A stretch of DNA of 32,000 nt from Prochlorococcus marinus str. NATL2A (GCF_000012465.1 NC_007335.2:1800001-1832000), one strand, 5' to 3'; numbered from the stretch's first letter, positions 16,060-28,000 are shown. Translations and numbers: made by a program. Notes: generated from the letters alone by a model not told the origin.

Positions 16060-17130
16060 TTATTTGACCGATTCAGCTAGTTCTTCTAATAAAATTTCAG
16101 TTGTAGAAAAGTTTATGCATGCATCCGTAACACTTTGCCCATAGGTAAGTTTTGACAAATCTGAATTTAATTTCTGATTACCCTCAACAAGATGACTTTC
16201 TATCATTACGCCCATTAGATTCTTTGATCCACCTCTTATCTGTGCTGCTACGTCTTTTAAAACTTCTGATTGTCTACGAAAATCTTTATTAGAATTACCA
16301 TGACTACAATCAACCATCACTTTTCCAGGCATATTAAATTGTGCTAATTCATCTGCAATTAAATTAATTGCATCAAGATGGTAGTTAGTTCCATTCTTAC
16401 CACCTCTTAAAACAAGATGACCATTTGGATTACCTGTAGTACTAACTATTGAGGCATGACCATCATGATTAATTCCTAAAAAATGATGAGGTTTTGAGGC
16501 CGCTTGCATTGCATTAATCGCAATCGTAGCTGTCCCATCAGTACCATTCTTATAACCAACCGGCATTGATAATCCAGACGCCATTTCACGATGAGTCTGA
16601 CTCTCTGTCGTTCTTGCTCCAATAGCAGTCCAACTAATTAAATCAGCAATATATTGAGGAACAACTGGATCAAGTAATTCAGTTGCAGCCGGCATTCCTG
16701 CTTTGGCTAAATCAAGTAATAGACCTCTTGCCTTTCTTAAGCCAGTATTAATATCGTAAGAATTATCAAGATGAGGGTCATTAATAAGTCCTTTCCAGCC
16801 AACAGTTGTGCGTGGTTTCTCAAAGTAAACACGCATAACAATCTCAAGCTTTTGACTATATCTCTCCCTCAATGGGGCTAAACGATTTGCATATTCAATG
16901 GCCGCATCAACATCATGAACCGAACACGGTCCAACAATGACCAAAATTCTTGGATCATTACCATGAAGAATTGATTGAATCTTATTGCGAGTAGTAGAGA
17001 CAACTCCAGAGGATGCCTTATCTAAAGGCAAATCTCTATGAATTAATGCTGGTGACATTAATGGACGAGTCTCGACCACATGAAGGTCGGAGGTGCTATC
17101 CACCATTGAAAAATATGATGAGGTGGACAT
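16060..17130 (-). CDS. aroG: 3-deoxy-D-arabino-heptulosonate-7-phosphate synthase, class I
   Basis: 356 aa. EKPRTTVGWKGLINDP and the later VMVDCSHGNS motif are diagnostic of class I (AroF/G/H-type) DAHP synthases. The paralog and feedback type are not determinable. Confidence 0.88.
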   Translation of the reverse strand: MSTSSYFSMVDSTSDLHVVETRPLMSPALIHRDLPLDKASSGVVSTTRNKIQSILHGNDPRILVIVGPCSVHDVDAAIEYANRLAPLRERYSQKLEIVMRVYFEKPRTTVGWKGLINDPHLDNSYDINTGLRKARGLLLDLAKAGMPAATELLDPVVPQYIADLISWTAIGARTTESQTHREMASGLSMPVGYKNGTDGTATIAINAMQAASKPHHFLGINHDGHASIVSTTGNPNGHLVLRGGKNGTNYHLDAINLIADELAQFNMPGKVMVDCSHGNSNKDFRRQSEVLKDVAAQIRGGSKNLMGVMIESHLVEGNQKLNSDLSKLTYGQSVTDACINFSTTEILLEELAESVK

Positions 17131-17283
17131 TTAAAGCGTGATCATAGATATAAGATTAGAGAAGTATCAGTCATAGGGGGGTAATAAATTGCATTATCTG
17201 AATGTTTGTTCAAGAATCATGCGGTTGTAAACAATGAAAACAAAAGGCTCACACTCAAATACATTCTCTTTTGAGATTTAAAA

Positions 17284-19884
17284 ATGCTAAAAGATTACTT
17301 ATCACATGTTGCAGAAAGAGAAGCTTTGGGGATCCCTCCACTTCCTTTAGATGCAAAACAGACTCAAGTTTTAACAGAGTTATTAGAAAAACCAGATCAA
17401 GGTATCGATCAAAACTTCTTACTTGATCTTCTTGTTAATCGAATTCCTCCCGGAGTTGATCAAGCCTCTTATGTCAAAGCGACTTGGCTTAGCTCAATTG
17501 CTCAAGAAGAATCAAAAAGTCCGTTAGTAAATCCTCTAAAAGCAACTGAGCTTTTAGGTACAATGATTGGCGGATATAATGTAGCAGCGTTAATTGAAAT
17601 ACTAAAATCTAATAATAAAGAATTAGCAACTTCAGCCTGTAATGCACTAAGTAATACTCTTTTAGTTTATGACGCTTTAAACGACATTTTAGAGTTAGCA
17701 AAAACTAATATTTATGCAAAAAAAGTTATCAATAGCTGGTCTAATGGAGAATGGTTCACGAATAAACAACCCTTAGCTCAAGAAATAACAGTAACAGTAT
17801 TTAAAGTTGAAGGAGAAACAAATACAGACGACCTCTCTCCAGCAACTCATGCCACAACAAGACCAGATATTCCTTTACATGCTCTAGCGATGCTAGAAAC
17901 TCGAGATCCAAATGGTTTAAGGACTATTGAAGAATTAAAAAAGAAAGGATATCCAATTGCATATGTTGGCGATGTCGTTGGAACAGGAAGCTCTAGAAAG
18001 TCAGCAATTAACTCAGTCCTGTGGCATACAGGACAAGACATACCTTACGTACCAAATAAAAGAGGGAGTGGGGTTGTAATAGGAGGCAAAATTGCTCCTA
18101 TTTTCTTTAATACTGCTGAAGATTCAGGTGCACTTCCAATTGAATGCGATGTAAGCAATCTCAAAACAGGTGATGTAATTACTATTTTTCCTTACAAAGG
18201 AGAAGTTAGAAGAAGTAAAAATGAGACAAACAGTGGAGAACTTCTATCAAAATTTGACTTAAAACCACAAACTATTACTGATGAAGTAAGAGCGGGTGGG
18301 CGAATTCCTTTAATGATTGGAAGAGCTTTGACAGACAAAGTTAGAACAAAATTAAAACTTCCACCCTCTACTCTTTTTATTCGTCCTGGTCAGCCACCTG
18401 CATCAAAGTATGGGTTTACACAAGCTCAAAAAATGGTTGGAAAAGCTTGCGGTTTAGAAGGCGTGCTCCCTGGTGCAAGTTGTGAGCCAATAATGACAAC
18501 AGTTGGTAGTCAAGACACTACTGGTCCGATGACTAGAGATGAAATGAAAGAATTAGCGTGTTTAGGATTTTCTGCTGATTTAGTTATGCAGAGTTTCTGT
18601 CATACGGCAGCATATCCCAAGCCTGTTGATATCAAAACTCAAAAAGAACTCCCTGATTTTTTTGCTGAAAGAGGAGGAATAGCATTAAAACCCGGTGATG
18701 GAATTATTCACAGTTGGTTAAACAGGATGCTTTTGCCTGACACAGTCGGGACAGGTGGCGATAGTCATACACGATTCCCGTTGGGCATCTCATTTCCAGG
18801 AGGTTCGGGAGTAGTGGCATTTGCGGCAGCCATTGGTTCCATGCCTTTAGATATGCCGGAGTCAGTTCTTGTTAGATTTACAGGGTCTTTGCAAACTGGT
18901 GTCACTTTAAGAGATGTAGTTAATGCCATTCCGTGGATGGCCATACAACAAGGTCTTCTGACCGTCGCAAAAGCAAACAAAGTTAATGTGTTCAATGGAA
19001 AGATATTAGAAATTGAAGGTCTACCAAACCTAAAATTAGAGCAAGCCTTTGAGTTGACTGATGCAAGTGCAGAAAGATCTTGTGCTGGATGTACTATTCA
19101 ACTGTCTGAATCAACAATCAGTGAGTATTTAAAAAGCAATATTGTTTTACTTAAAAATATGATTGCTAGAGGATATCAAGACTCACGAACAATAAGTAGA
19201 AGAATTAAAGAAATGGAATATTGGTTAAAAAAACCAAATTTACTATCAGCCGACTCAAATGCTCAATACTCAGAAACCATCGAAATAGACTTGAATGAAC
19301 TGAAAGAACCTGTTTTAGCTTGTCCTAATGATCCTGATAACGTCAAACTTTTAAGCGAAGTCGCAGGCACTCCCATTCAAGAGGTTTTTATTGGTTCGTG
19401 TATGACTAATATTGGTCATTATCGAGCCGCTGCAAAAATTCTCGAAGGAGAGGGAAAGATATCAGCGCGATTATGGGTATGTCCGCCAACACGAATGGAC
19501 GAAGAAATTTTGAAAAAAGAAGGATACTACGAGATTTTTGAAAAAGCTGGTAGCCGAATGGAAATGCCTGGTTGTTCTCTATGCATGGGCAATCAAGCTC
19601 GTGTAGAAGATAATTCAACTGTTTTCTCAACAAGTACAAGAAATTTCAACAACAGATTAGGGAAAGGAGCTCAAGTGTTCTTAGGAAGTGCAGAATTGGC
19701 TGCTGTTTGCGCTTTGTTAGGTCATATCCCTACAACTGATGAATATCTTGCAATAGCTTCCAAAAAAGTTTCACCAATAACTGACGAAATCTACAGATAC
19801 TTAAACTTTAATGAAATACCAAACTTTATAGAAGATGGTCGTGTAATAACAAAAGAAGAAGAAGCCTCTATTTTACAAACCTAA
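17284..19884 (+). CDS. acnB: aconitate hydratase B (bifunctional aconitase 2 / 2-methylisocitrate dehydratase)
   Basis: 866 aa, starting [22 protein letters not shown], the AcnB-type N-terminal HEAT-like domain. Later Fe-S ligand regions include GSCMTNIGH and GCSLCMGNQ. Confidence 0.92.
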   Translation: MLKDYLSHVAEREALGIPPLPLDAKQTQVLTELLEKPDQGIDQNFLLDLLVNRIPPGVDQASYVKATWLSSIAQEESKSPLVNPLKATELLGTMIGGYNVAALIEILKSNNKELATSACNALSNTLLVYDALNDILELAKTNIYAKKVINSWSNGEWFTNKQPLAQEITVTVFKVEGETNTDDLSPATHATTRPDIPLHALAMLETRDPNGLRTIEELKKKGYPIAYVGDVVGTGSSRKSAINSVLWHTGQDIPYVPNKRGSGVVIGGKIAPIFFNTAEDSGALPIECDVSNLKTGDVITIFPYKGEVRRSKNETNSGELLSKFDLKPQTITDEVRAGGRIPLMIGRALTDKVRTKLKLPPSTLFIRPGQPPASKYGFTQAQKMVGKACGLEGVLPGASCEPIMTTVGSQDTTGPMTRDEMKELACLGFSADLVMQSFCHTAAYPKPVDIKTQKELPDFFAERGGIALKPGDGIIHSWLNRMLLPDTVGTGGDSHTRFPLGISFPGGSGVVAFAAAIGSMPLDMPESVLVRFTGSLQTGVTLRDVVNAIPWMAIQQGLLTVAKANKVNVFNGKILEIEGLPNLKLEQAFELTDASAERSCAGCTIQLSESTISEYLKSNIVLLKNMIARGYQDSRTISRRIKEMEYWLKKPNLLSADSNAQYSETIEIDLNELKEPVLACPNDPDNVKLLSEVAGTPIQEVFIGSCMTNIGHYRAAAKILEGEGKISARLWVCPPTRMDEEILKKEGYYEIFEKAGSRMEMPGCSLCMGNQARVEDNSTVFSTSTRNFNNRLGKGAQVFLGSAELAAVCALLGHIPTTDEYLAIASKKVSPITDEIYRYLNFNEIPNFIEDGRVITKEEEASILQT

Positions 19885-19894
19885 ATTGAATTAA

Positions 19895-21253
19895 ATGATC
19901 AAAAGTAAAAGTCAAAATCCAATACAAAAAAAATCAACTCAAAGCATAAAAAAACTTCTTCAGAGGAAATGGCTAAATGTAATTCTTGCTCTCATACTTA
20001 CAGGTTTAGGCGCAGCATTAACAGGAATATTATTTAAAACTGGAATTCATACATTAGAAGATTATCGATCAAATCTTCTTGCCTCTATGCCTAGATGGAT
20101 AGTTTTACCAATACTAGGAGCATTGGGAGGATTGATTTCTGGATCGCTCATTCAAAATTTTGCCCCTGCAGCAAAAGGAGCGGGCGTAAGTCACATCATT
20201 GCTTTTCTTCGCCATAAGCCAGTCCCCATGGGATTAAGAGTTGGAATAGTAAAACTGTTTGCTGGAATTATTGCTATTGGAAGTGGATTTCCGCTAGGAC
20301 CAGAAGGCCCAGCAGTACAAATGGGAGGATCTGTTGCTTGGAAAATGGCAAAATGGCTAAAAGCCCCTATTTCATTTCGCAGAGTCATAGTTGCAGCAGG
20401 CGGAGGAGCTGGAATTGCAGCAATTTTTAGTGCACCTATTGGAGGCTTTGTCTATGCAATTGAAGAACTTCTAAATTCAGCCAGACCAGTAGTCCTCTTG
20501 CTAGTAGTAGTAACAACTTTCTGGGCTGATAGTTGCGCTGATATTTTGCAAGCGATTGGACTAGATCAAAAAGCTGGTGGATTTGTTAATAATTTAGGTT
20601 TTCAATTAGAGAGAGCATATACACCTGTAATCGAATTCTTTCCAATAGATTTTTTATACCTAATTTTTTTAGGAATTATATTAGGATTATTAGCAGAAAT
20701 GTATTGCCGATATGTTTTAAAAATGCAAGTTCTAGGCAATAAATAGTTTAAAAATAAAACCATTGAAAGAATGAGTTTATCGGGTTTATTGCTCGGTACT
20801 ATGTATTCAATTATTCCTGAAAATTTTCATAATATCGAAGGATTACAAAAAATTATTGTTAATGAAAGTAGCAATTTCACACTTGCAATAAGTATATTTT
20901 TTATTTTATTCTTTGCCTCAGGCCTTGCTGCTGCTTCAGGTGCACCAGGAGGTTTGTTTTATCCAATGCTTACCTTGGGTGGAGCAATAGGTTTAGCAAG
21001 TGGTATTGGAGTCGAGACAATAACTGGGCATGTTCCAACAACCTATATTTTCGCAGGAATGGGGGGATTCGTAGCTGGATGCTCAAGAACCCCTTTAACA
21101 GCAATGTTTTTAGCCTTCGCATTAACTAAAAATCTTTTAATACTAAAGCCACTATTAATTACATGTATAGCTAGCTTTTTGACTGCCAGAATATTTAATG
21201 AACACTCAATTTATGAAAGACAAATTACAATTGAAGAAGGAGAATTAATTTAA
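19895..21253 (+). pseudogene. ClC-family chloride channel/antiporter interrupted by one in-frame TAG (20744-20746)
   Basis: Track ORFs 19895-20746 and 20771-21253 are in the same reading frame and separated only by TAG plus 8 sense codons. The ClC signature GPEGPAVQMGG is in the first part and GAPGGLFYPML in the second, so neither half has a complete selectivity filter. Confidence 0.6.
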
Positions 21254-22564
21254 TACTTTATTAAATTGTTTTAATGAATTATTGTGGCTCGTAGAATTAT
21301 AGATCATACATCTAAGACCTATCAATAATATCCAACCTAAGATATTTATTCTGCTATCAAAGAGTGGAATGTCTGTCGCATGAAAACAAATAAGAATTAA
21401 CGTAGAGGTCCACCAAGCTCGATCTACTATAATATTTTTTTGAAGATTTAAATTATTAAATATTCTCTTGAAGGAAGAAATTAATAATAAGCTAAACACA
21501 AATATATTAATTAAAAAAGAGACTATTATGCCATGACTAATTGCTAATTCTAAAGGCAAATTATGAGAGTGCCCATGAGATAAACCTGTCCTTAAAGGAT
21601 AAATAATTGAAAAAGCTGCTGCCCCCCAACCAAACCATGGTTTCTCAAAAATTAAGTTAAATGCTATTTTCCATTGACCAATGCGCGTTGCTTCAAAAGG
21701 TCTAGTATCAACGAATTGCATATCATTTAGCCTCATCCAAATAGATTCAGGAACAATACTTCTTGCAAATTGTTGAATCCCAAAGTCAAAAAATGGTAAA
21801 ACCGCAATAATCACCGGAAGAAAGCAAATAAACATAAAAGGAATTAACCAACTCCATGATGCTGAACCAAAAACTATTGGTAAGGCTAAAAAAATTGCAC
21901 CCCATGCATTTCTAGAGTCAGTCAAAATCATTCCTGAAATAAAAGCAATTAAAAGAGCACATGGAATAGCACGGTTTCTTCCAATAATAAAAGGATGCAA
22001 AACAGACGCCAAACAGAATGGCCATACACCCGATAACCATGCAGCAGTAATATTCGCGTAATCAAACAACCCAGACAATCTGCCTAGTGGCTCTCCTCCT
22101 GGAGAAATAAACCAAATTATTAAACCATCAAAAATCTGCCAAGGCCCTTCCCACCCAAGCCATAGCTGACCAAAGCCTGTTATTAAAACAGGAAGACTTC
22201 CGAAGACAAGCCAAGAAGCACATTTTTTTCTTCTTTCAGGAGTTAGCAAATATGGTTGCAAGCCCCAAAAACACAAGAAGAATGGCAACCAATTAAAAAG
22301 ACCAAGCCAAGCTAGCCAGCCGGTATGAGAACGAATTGAACCAATTATCATCAAACAAGTTACGAGCACTAGCGGATAATTCCAGTATTCACTCCAATAG
22401 AGATCTCTTCTTTTAAGACCTCCTTCAAAAAGAGCTACAAGCAAAAATACACAAGAAATTAACGCGCTGGACGGCAAACACAATACAGCTAACTGAAAAC
22501 AAGTCCAGCCAACATTGTCTGAAAAATTATTTTTTAAATTTAGGAAATAAGCATTATTAATCAT
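21245..22564 (-). CDS. O-antigen ligase (Wzy_C)-family polytopic membrane protein, IctB-like
   Basis: 439 aa with at least 10 hydrophobic segments. It has a central loop with DSRNAWGA and a later HGHSHNLPLE-type motif resembling O-antigen ligase/IctB family proteins. Its ATG overlaps the purU stop (ATGA). Confidence 0.55.
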   Translation of the reverse strand: MINNAYFLNLKNNFSDNVGWTCFQLAVLCLPSSALISCVFLLVALFEGGLKRRDLYWSEYWNYPLVLVTCLMIIGSIRSHTGWLAWLGLFNWLPFFLCFWGLQPYLLTPERRKKCASWLVFGSLPVLITGFGQLWLGWEGPWQIFDGLIIWFISPGGEPLGRLSGLFDYANITAAWLSGVWPFCLASVLHPFIIGRNRAIPCALLIAFISGMILTDSRNAWGAIFLALPIVFGSASWSWLIPFMFICFLPVIIAVLPFFDFGIQQFARSIVPESIWMRLNDMQFVDTRPFEATRIGQWKIAFNLIFEKPWFGWGAAAFSIIYPLRTGLSHGHSHNLPLELAISHGIIVSFLINIFVFSLLLISSFKRIFNNLNLQKNIIVDRAWWTSTLILICFHATDIPLFDSRINILGWILLIGLRCMIYNSTSHNNSLKQFNKVLN

Positions 22565-23415
22565 GTAAATACAGCCGTTCTGCCTCTATAAACAATAACT
22601 TGTCTTTTTAAATGCAATCTTAAAGCTCTTGCTAAAGCGACTCGCTCCAAATCTCTACCCTTTCTTATTAAATCTGATACTTCATCACGATGACTCACGT
22701 TAGATATAGTCTGTTCAATTATGGGACCAGCATCAAGATCCTTAGTGACATAATGCGCTGTTGCACCAATTAATTTTACTCCTCTATCCCAAGCTTGATG
22801 ATATGGTTGAGCCCCTTTAAAAGCAGGAAGGAAAGAATGATGAATATTAATGAGATTTGGAAACTGCTCTAAAAAAGAACTACTTAAAATTTGCATATAT
22901 TTAGCCAAAACACCTAAATCAATGTTGTACTCATGTAGTAAATCTAAAATTTTACTTTCGGAATCTGCTTTATTATTTTTATTTACTTGTATGAGCTTAA
23001 AGGGAATGGAAAAATTCGAGCAAATTTCCTCTAAATCTGAATGATTTGAGATAACTAAAGGTACATTCATACACAATTCGCCTGCCTTAACTCTCCATAA
23101 AAGATCAACTAAACAATGACTCTGCTTACTAACAAAGATTGCAACATTAGGAAAATCATCAGAGAAGCTCAAGACCGCTTTTCCATTCAATCTTTGCTCC
23201 AGTAAATTTACCTCAGAGGTGATTTCGTTTTTATCAAGCAGAAATCCATCTAAATCCCACTCAATGCGACTTAGAAACAATTTTGCATCTGCATCTGTAT
23301 GGTGATCAGCATGTCTAATATTGCCATTTTTACTCGCTATCCAACTTGCCAAATCACTTACAAGTCCTGGCTTATCAGGACAAATGAACTGCAAAATAAC
23401 TGTTTTGATGCTCAC
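22561..23415 (-). CDS. purU: formyltetrahydrofolate deformylase
   Basis: 284 aa. An N-terminal ACT-like domain (CPDKPGLVSDLASWI) is followed by a formyltransferase domain with INIHHSFLPAFKGA.PY.QA and GATAHYVT..LD.GPII. Confidence 0.88.
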   Translation of the reverse strand: MSIKTVILQFICPDKPGLVSDLASWIASKNGNIRHADHHTDADAKLFLSRIEWDLDGFLLDKNEITSEVNLLEQRLNGKAVLSFSDDFPNVAIFVSKQSHCLVDLLWRVKAGELCMNVPLVISNHSDLEEICSNFSIPFKLIQVNKNNKADSESKILDLLHEYNIDLGVLAKYMQILSSSFLEQFPNLINIHHSFLPAFKGAQPYHQAWDRGVKLIGATAHYVTKDLDAGPIIEQTISNVSHRDEVSDLIRKGRDLERVALARALRLHLKRQVIVYRGRTAVFT

Positions 23416-23489
23416 TATAGCTATATCCTTAAACTATTCTCTTTTTTAGACCACACATTGAAAATTAACAAGCAAATTTCATAGCATCT

Positions 23490-24602
23490 GTGCAAATGAA
23501 TAGCCAAAAAACAGAAAAGAAACACACCACAATCTCAATTGTTGGAGGTGGGATAGCAGGAATTACAACTGCCTTTCACTTAGGAAAAAAAGGTTATCAA
23601 GTAAATTTAATCGACCCAACATTAAATTCAGAAATAAATAATTTAAATCCAAAAAATGGAACACAAGCTAGTTTGGGTGTTCTCATGGGAAATATCTACA
23701 AAAGATCAAAAGGAAGAGCATTTTTACTAAGAAAAAAAAGTATGAAATTATGGGAAGAATGGCTTACGCAAATAAACTATTCGGAGAAAGATTTTATTCT
23801 TGAAAAACCATTAATTAAATTAGCAAGTTCAGAAAAAGAGTATCAATCAATGGTTGAATTAAGTCATAATAAAAAAAATTATGGAATTGAACTTTTAAAT
23901 AAAAATTCTTTAGATTTCTGGAATTCTACATTTGAGACAAGATTAATAGGGGGATTAATATCTCGTGAAGATGGTCGATTAAATCCAATAAAGTTAATCA
24001 AGTCATTAATAGAAAGTCTTGATCAAATCAAGATAAATAAAATCTACAAAAGTGTTATTAGCATAAGTAAAAATAGTAATTTAAATGATAAAAGCTGGAC
24101 TATTAACCTTGAAAATAATCAATCTATTAATCAAGATTATATCATCATTTGTTCTGCATTAAATACTCAAAATTTATTAAAACCATTAGGTCATGAAATA
24201 CTTTTAGAACCAATATTAGGACAAGTTATTGAATTAGAATTAAAAAAAGAAATTCAGAATTGGAAAAAATGGCCTGCAATATTAAATTATCAATCTATAA
24301 ACTTTATACACCATGATCCCAATCGCATGCTTATAGGAGCAACTGTCGAAAAAGGAACTAAACCAAGCCTATTAGATAAACAAAAAATGCTAAATCTGAG
24401 AAACGGTTCTCCAAAGTGGATGATCAATGCAAAAGTCAGTCATGAATGGAGCGGAATAAGAGCTAGACCAACTAATGAGGCTGCTCCCTTATTAAAACAA
24501 TTAGAACCAGGTCTATTAATTAATACAGGTCACTACAGGAATGGTGTTTTGTTAGCTCCAGCTTGTGCCGAATGGATTGGACTTCAAATTGAGGGCCAAT
24601 AA
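23490..24602 (+). CDS. thiO: FAD-dependent glycine oxidase-like oxidoreductase (DAO family)
   Basis: 370 aa. The dinucleotide fold is ISIVGGGIAGITTAFHL, and the C-terminal GHYRNGVLLAPA is typical of ThiO. GTG at 23490, with an in-frame ATG at 23496. Very AT-rich and Lys/Asn-rich. Confidence 0.6.
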   Translation: MQMNSQKTEKKHTTISIVGGGIAGITTAFHLGKKGYQVNLIDPTLNSEINNLNPKNGTQASLGVLMGNIYKRSKGRAFLLRKKSMKLWEEWLTQINYSEKDFILEKPLIKLASSEKEYQSMVELSHNKKNYGIELLNKNSLDFWNSTFETRLIGGLISREDGRLNPIKLIKSLIESLDQIKINKIYKSVISISKNSNLNDKSWTINLENNQSINQDYIIICSALNTQNLLKPLGHEILLEPILGQVIELELKKEIQNWKKWPAILNYQSINFIHHDPNRMLIGATVEKGTKPSLLDKQKMLNLRNGSPKWMINAKVSHEWSGIRARPTNEAAPLLKQLEPGLLINTGHYRNGVLLAPACAEWIGLQIEGQ

Positions 24603-24622
24603 ATATTAATTAATCTATTTAT

Positions 24623-26515
24623 TTATTTTGTCTCTGTAAAGTCTGCATCAATAACATCATCACCATCAACTTTACTATCCGTATTAGAATCTGCTGCGGC
24701 TTGAGAAGCATCATTCGCTTGTTGATATACAGAAGCTCCTAAGGAATACAATTCTTGTTGTAGCTCCTCAACTAGCGTCTTCATGGATTCATAGTCATCT
24801 TTTTCGGTCGCTTCTTTTAACTTAATGCGTTTCTCTTCAACTTTCGCTTTTGCTGCTTCATCAACTTTATCGCCAAGCTCACCGATTTGTTTTTCAGCCT
24901 GATAAACAAGTGTTTCAGCTTGATTTTTAATATCAATTTTTTCACGCTTTTCTTTATCTGCAGAAGCATTCATTTCTGCATCTTTAACCATTTTATCAAC
25001 TTCGTTATCCGACAAAGTGGATGCTCCAGTAATAGAGATACTTTGTTCTTTACCACTTCCTTTATCTTTGGCATTAACACTAAGAATTCCATTAGCATCG
25101 ATGTCAAAAGTTACTTCAATTTGCGGCACACCCCGAGGAGCAGGAGGAATTCCATCTAAACGAAAGGTTCCTAGACTTTTATTATCAGAAGCCATCTCAC
25201 GTTCCCCTTGTAAGACGTGAATTTCTACATTGGTTTGACCATCAACTGCAGTTGAGTAAGTCTCAGCTTTTTTAGTGGGAACAGTAGTATTTCTTGAAAT
25301 CATTTTTGTCATCACCCCACCCAAAGTTTCAACCCCAAGTGACAATGGTGTTACATCAAGTAGCAAAATGTCTTTAACTTCTCCAGCAAGAACTCCACCT
25401 TGAATAGCTGCTCCAACAGCTACTACTTCATCTGGATTCACTGTTTGATTTGGATCCTTAGTAGTTACTCTTTTTACTAACTCTTTAACAGCTGGCATTC
25501 GAGTAGAGCCTCCAACCATAACAATCTCATCTATTTCACCAGTAGATAATTTTGCATCTTTCAAGGCTTGCTCTACGGGGACTCTGCAGCGATCAATCAG
25601 GTTTGAGGCCAACTCCTCAAACTTTCCTCTTGTAAGAGTCAAATCAAGATGCTTAGGCCCTTCAGGCGTAGCAGTTATAAATGGAAGATTTATTTCGCTT
25701 TGAGTAGCGTTTGATAATTCTATTTTAGCTTTTTCAGCTGCTTCAGTTAAGCGTTGAAGTGCTTGCTTATCTTGGCGTAAGTCAATGCCTTCATTACCTT
25801 TGAATGTAGAGGCCAAATGATCAACAATTACTCTATCAAAATCGTCACCACCCAAATGAGTATCTCCAGAAGTAGAGAGAACTTCGAAAACTCCATCACC
25901 AACTTCTAAAACAGATACATCAAAAGTCCCTCCACCCAAATCAAAAACTAAAATTCTTTCATTACTCTTTTTGTCTAGTCCATATGCTAAAGCAGCAGCA
26001 GTTGGCTCATTAATAATTCTTAGGACTTCTAGGCCTGCAATCTTTCCCGCATCTTTAGTTGCTTGTCTTTGTGAATCATTGAAATAAGCAGGAACTGTAA
26101 TAACTGCTTGAGTTACTGTTTCACCTAGGTATTTGCCTGCATCATCAGAAAGTTTTCTTAAAACTTGAGCACTTACTTCCTCAGGAGAAAACTGCTTATC
26201 AAGTATTGGACATTTTATTTTGACATTGGAGCCTGCTTTTTCAACTCCATAACTAACTTCCTTTGATTCGTCATTTACTTCATCAACTCTTCGACCAACA
26301 AACCTCTTTGAAGAATAAAAAGTATTTTCTGGATTCATCACCGCTTGGCGCTTGGCAATTTGCCCAACCAATTGGTCTTGATTTTTTGTATAAGCAACGA
26401 CAGATGGAGTTGTTCTAAATCCTTCAGCATTTGCTATTACTGTAGGCTTACCGCCCTCCATTACAGCGACACAACTATTTGTAGTTCCTAGATCGATTCC
26501 GACAACCTTCCCCAT
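24623..26515 (-). CDS. dnaK: molecular chaperone DnaK (Hsp70)
   Basis: 630 aa. Motifs [19 protein letters not shown] and [15 protein letters not shown] Shine-Dalgarno-like sequence lies just upstream of the ATG on the minus strand. Confidence 0.95.
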
Positions 26516-26631
26516 GGGTGAGTAGCTCCTAATTTCTTTCTTTAGCTCACATCCTCGTCAGTGAATCCTGTTTGAGGGGAGGCGTGGTTCCCGAACATTC
26601 TCTTAGCAAATTTGAATCAACATCATCAAAA

Positions 26632-27519
26632 ATGAGTACTATCACTGGAAAAACTAATCTTGTAGGACTTCTTGGACAACCAGTAAATCATTCACTGTCT
26701 CCAATTATGCACAATGCCGCATACGAAGAGATGGGACTAGACTGGTGTTATGTGGCAATGCCTTGCGAGAGTCAAGATTTAGAGAAAGTCACAAAAGCAT
26801 TAAGATTTTTAGACTTCAAAGGCCTAAATATAACTATCCCCCATAAACAAGAGGTTTTAAAGGCTTGCAACAAATTAACTGAAATTTCAAATGAAATCCA
26901 AGCAGTTAATACACTTATACCAGAAGAAAATAATCAATGGATAGGAGCAAATACTGATGTACAGGGATTCTTGACACCATTAAAAGATCATAATTTAAAG
27001 AATAAAAATGTGGTGGTAATAGGTTGCGGAGGCAGCGCTAGAGCAGTAGTAATGGGATTAAGCAGTTTAAATGTTAAAAAAGTAACAATAATTGGTAGGA
27101 ACGACAGTAGCTTAAATATTTTTGTGAAAAGCACGCGTAATTTATTATCAAGAAGGGGTATATCAATTGAAAGTATTAATAACAAAGAATTAAATGTTTC
27201 ACCATATATTCAAGAAGCCGATTTAATTATCAATACAACTCCAATAGGAATGAATGACAGTAAAACTAACCAAGAAAATGTTCCTCTTGGTCGTGAAATA
27301 TGGGACTGTCTCTCTAATAAAACTATTTTATACGATTTGATTTATACTCCAAGACCAACAAACTGGTTACAAATTGGGCAACAAAAAAATTGTTTTACAA
27401 TTGATGGGTTGGATATGCTTGTCGAACAAGGAGCTTTTTCAATAAGACTTTGGAGTGGTTTTCATGACGTACCGGTTCAGACAATGAAATCATCTGCAGA
27501 AAAACATTTAATGGTTTAA
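26632..27519 (+). CDS. aroE: shikimate 5-dehydrogenase
   Basis: The track ORF starts at TTG 26572. The ATG at 26632 gives MSTITGKTNLVGLLGQPVNHSLSPIMHN, the canonical AroE N-terminus. Also NITIPHK and GCGGSARAV. Confidence 0.85.
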   Translation: MSTITGKTNLVGLLGQPVNHSLSPIMHNAAYEEMGLDWCYVAMPCESQDLEKVTKALRFLDFKGLNITIPHKQEVLKACNKLTEISNEIQAVNTLIPEENNQWIGANTDVQGFLTPLKDHNLKNKNVVVIGCGGSARAVVMGLSSLNVKKVTIIGRNDSSLNIFVKSTRNLLSRRGISIESINNKELNVSPYIQEADLIINTTPIGMNDSKTNQENVPLGREIWDCLSNKTILYDLIYTPRPTNWLQIGQQKNCFTIDGLDMLVEQGAFSIRLWSGFHDVPVQTMKSSAEKHLMV

Positions 27520-27541
27520 TCTAAGAAAAATACTATGGGTT

Positions 27542-28000
27542 ATGCCTTCAATAGGAGCCAGATTATTAGGGGTTCTTCTATATATGATTCCATGGTCTGA
27601 CTCTCTTACCTTTGGAAATCATTTATATATAAAATATCCTTTTATTCAAATCATTCAAATACCAGCAATTCCCATAATATTAATTGAAAGATCAATACCT
27701 TTTGGGAGTTTATTATTATTTTTAGCCATCTTTTTTGGTCTGGTCAGAAATAGTAAAGTATCTTATTTTTTACGTTTTAATGCACTTCAATCATTGTTAA
27801 TAAATATTGGAGTAATCATAGTTAGTTTTATTTTCGAGATTATTTTTAGTCCTTTTTCAAACTCATTAATTATCAGAACATTCTCGAGTTCTTTATTAAT
27901 CGGTCTTTTTTTAATGATTGTTTATTCTGTTTGGTCTTGCACACAAGGAAATGAGCCGAATTTGCCGGGAATAAGCCAAGCAACAAAAATGCAATTGTGA
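27542..28000 (+). CDS. Tic20-like small membrane protein
   Basis: 152 aa with 4 hydrophobic segments. The N-terminal R..G.LLYMIPWSDSL.FG pattern resembles cyanobacterial Tic20/ycf60-like proteins. Confidence 0.5.
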   Translation: MPSIGARLLGVLLYMIPWSDSLTFGNHLYIKYPFIQIIQIPAIPIILIERSIPFGSLLLFLAIFFGLVRNSKVSYFLRFNALQSLLINIGVIIVSFIFEIIFSPFSNSLIIRTFSSSLLIGLFLMIVYSVWSCTQGNEPNLPGISQATKMQL

